From an uncultured Thermoplasmata archaeon (GTDB taxonomy: Archaea > Thermoplasmatota > Thermoplasmata > UBA10834): a stretch of DNA of 64,000 bases. The notes beneath the pieces were generated by a model. It made no database searches, was not told where the DNA came from, and saw nothing but the letters and a program-made list of their open reading frames with translations. Positions 62,218 through 64,000 of this stretch are shown here, piece by piece. The position numbers and the translations under genes are program-made. The stretch's first letter is position 1. Every line of letters starts with the position of its first letter. Location: positions 1 to 64,000 of the forward strand of contig CAVRDX010000002.1 in NCBI GenBank assembly GCA_963719945.1, given 5' to 3'.

Positions 62218-62907
62218 CTACAGTCGGGGCATCTCACCACTGCAGTTCTGACAGAATCGTGCGCCTGCAGGATTCTTCGAACCGCATCTAGGGCAGAACA
62301 TGCCCTGCGAAGGCAGGTCATCAGGCGGTGGTGGGAGGTCGTCGACCTGTTGCGAAGGGGCCATCTGGACCTGGGGTGCTGGATAGGAGCCCGTGGGCGC
62401 CAGGTCAGCCGGACCGTCCACCCATGCAGACTTCTTCAGATTGATGCCGTTCACACTCATTGCTGCCTTCAAGCTTGGGATGTAGGCCACGGTGGCTGGT
62501 CCCTCCCTCATCATCGACCTCAGCTCAGGCGTCTCTCTTAGAGAAATGGGACCGACCGTCCAGCGCGCAGGCGTCCGCATCTTGGTGGCGAATCCTTGGA
62601 CCACAGTCACATCACCCGTCCTCAGAGCCTTCGCGATCTTTCCCCGAACGCTCAGAGACGCCCCTGCTACGGCAACGGATATCAGCCCGAACACCAAGGC
62701 CATCAACGAGAGCATGTCGATGTTGCCTTCCGTGGAACTCATCAATATGACACCTAATAGGATCGAGAAGAGAGAGAAGAATGCGAGCGGGTTCCTGAAC
62801 TTCTTGTACAACGCCGCTGATGCAGCGGCCTCCTGCGCAGTCAGCAAGCGTTTGGAGACAGAGTAGTTCTGTGCATAGACCTGGGGATTGGTGTATGTGG
62901 ATGCCAT
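62218..62907 (-). CDS. Membrane protein with a C-terminal zinc ribbon
   Basis: Two TM helices, Pro-rich linker, FCPRCG...FCQNC. Confidence 0.7.
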   Translation of the reverse strand: MASTYTNPQVYAQNYSVSKRLLTAQEAAASAALYKKFRNPLAFFSLFSILLGVILMSSTEGNIDMLSLMALVFGLISVAVAGASLSVRGKIAKALRTGDVTVVQGFATKMRTPARWTVGPISLRETPELRSMMREGPATVAYIPSLKAAMSVNGINLKKSAWVDGPADLAPTGSYPAPQVQMAPSQQVDDLPPPPDDLPSQGMFCPRCGSKNPAGARFCQNCSGEMPRL

Positions 62908-63857
62908 CAGACCACCTTCCTACCGCCCCAGGGGTACGCGTTGCAGCGAGGGCAGTACCAGGAGCCTGGATCATCTATCCCGCTGAAGTGAGGTGTCACA
63001 TGGGTTCCAGGATGAATCGGACATTGGGGAGGCTGCTGAGACACGCTCGAGTACCATTCCTTCGGTGGCGGAGGCGAGCCCGGGCCCTTCCAGATGGTCG
63101 TGTCGGGAGTGCCGTATGTGATGCCGATGCCACCCTGTGGCTGCGCTGGCCCTGGAAGTCCTGTCGGCGCATGTGGATTGGTCTCGCTCACGATGCTCGG
63201 AGTCGACGTGGCCTGATTGTAAGTGTACGGTCCTTGGACCGGCTTGAAGCCGGGCTTGGGGGATGGCAGGATGAGCACGGCAAGCCCGATGATGCCCAAC
63301 ACACTGACACCTGCTCCGATGACAGCGCGGTATTCTTCAAGTCCGATGAAGAGTGAGCCTTTCTTGACCAAATCGAATGTGCCGTAGATGGTCACGCCGA
63401 CATTCAAGTACGACCCGCTGCCGGTCATCGAATTGCCGCTGACAGTGAGAGTGTAAGTCGGAGTGAGCATGCTCACTCCGTCCCAGCCGTAATAAGCGGT
63501 CATATAGAATGTGGTTCCATCAAAGGTTCCGTCTACGTTGTAGCTCTCAGGAACCCCGTTTTCCCAGACGGTAACGGTCCCAACGACATTGCCCCCTGAC
63601 TCAGTCAGATCCAATTCGGCATCGAAGTAGTCGGTGACCATGCCACTGGGGCTCAGGTAGGTCTGGGAATACCCTTCGCCTGAAATTCGAGAGCCCCAAT
63701 TCCCAGAGAGGCTTTCGGCAGAGGCGTTCACGCTCATGAGTGCGATTGCACCGAGGAATGATCCCACTGCAAGCAGGACCATCAGAACTGAATATGACCG
63801 GCTAGTGACCATAGTATTCTCACCATTCATCCGGACGACGATGCGCGTCTGGCGCAT
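62907..63857 (-). CDS. Membrane-anchored protein with extracellular beta domain and cytoplasmic Zn finger
   Basis: Signal peptide, TM helix, Pro-rich tail, CPIH...WYCPRC. Confidence 0.7.
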   Translation of the reverse strand: MRQTRIVVRMNGENTMVTSRSYSVLMVLLAVGSFLGAIALMSVNASAESLSGNWGSRISGEGYSQTYLSPSGMVTDYFDAELDLTESGGNVVGTVTVWENGVPESYNVDGTFDGTTFYMTAYYGWDGVSMLTPTYTLTVSGNSMTGSGSYLNVGVTIYGTFDLVKKGSLFIGLEEYRAVIGAGVSVLGIIGLAVLILPSPKPGFKPVQGPYTYNQATSTPSIVSETNPHAPTGLPGPAQPQGGIGITYGTPDTTIWKGPGSPPPPKEWYSSVSQQPPQCPIHPGTHVTPHFSGIDDPGSWYCPRCNAYPWGGRKVV

Positions 63858-64000
63858 CGAGTCAAGGATTCTATTGTCGGCTGACTAACACATCTCCGGC
63901 CGGACTATTTAACCTTGGACACGAACATAATCATTGATGCGAGCTGACCGAGACATGCAGAGATTGTGAAGCCTGGCCAAGCAAAAGGCGTAGGAACCGA

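Overview
Archaeal DNA, most likely Thermoplasmatota-like. This is inferred from the many double-zinc-ribbon and PKD proteins, archaeal wHTH regulators and the MttB-family gene. The window has two parts. (1) About 1-22.8 kb is the right-hand part of an integrated element or defence island. It ends in a tyrosine integrase and a copy of a tRNA(Leu)-like 3' end (putative att site). It carries a C5-methyltransferase/Vsr/GHKL-ATPase-nuclease restriction-modification block and a broken OLD-family nuclease. It also carries an unusual three-gene operon: IrrE/ImmA peptidase-macrodomain, a nucleotide kinase fused to a PurZ0-type (2-aminoadenine pathway) synthetase, and a DarT-like ADP-ribosyltransferase. 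A TACCA-N2-TGGTA palindrome recurs across the element, and many element genes have single-base frameshifts. (2) About 22.8-64 kb is chromosomal and accessory. It holds a class III polyhydroxyalkanoate cluster (PhaE-repeat protein, phaE, phaC, two phaB-like reductases), hydrolases, secreted proteins, an MFS transporter and a non-pyrrolysine MttB methyltransferase. It also holds an operon in which a membrane protein ending in (Cys-Ala)6-GGGR is translationally coupled to an RRE/PqqD-radical SAM-SPASM enzyme. The two best candidates for an undescribed system are the kinase-PurZ0/DarT-like/IrrE-macro operon and the (CA)n-tail/radical SAM operon. All calls come from reading motifs by eye; no searches were run.
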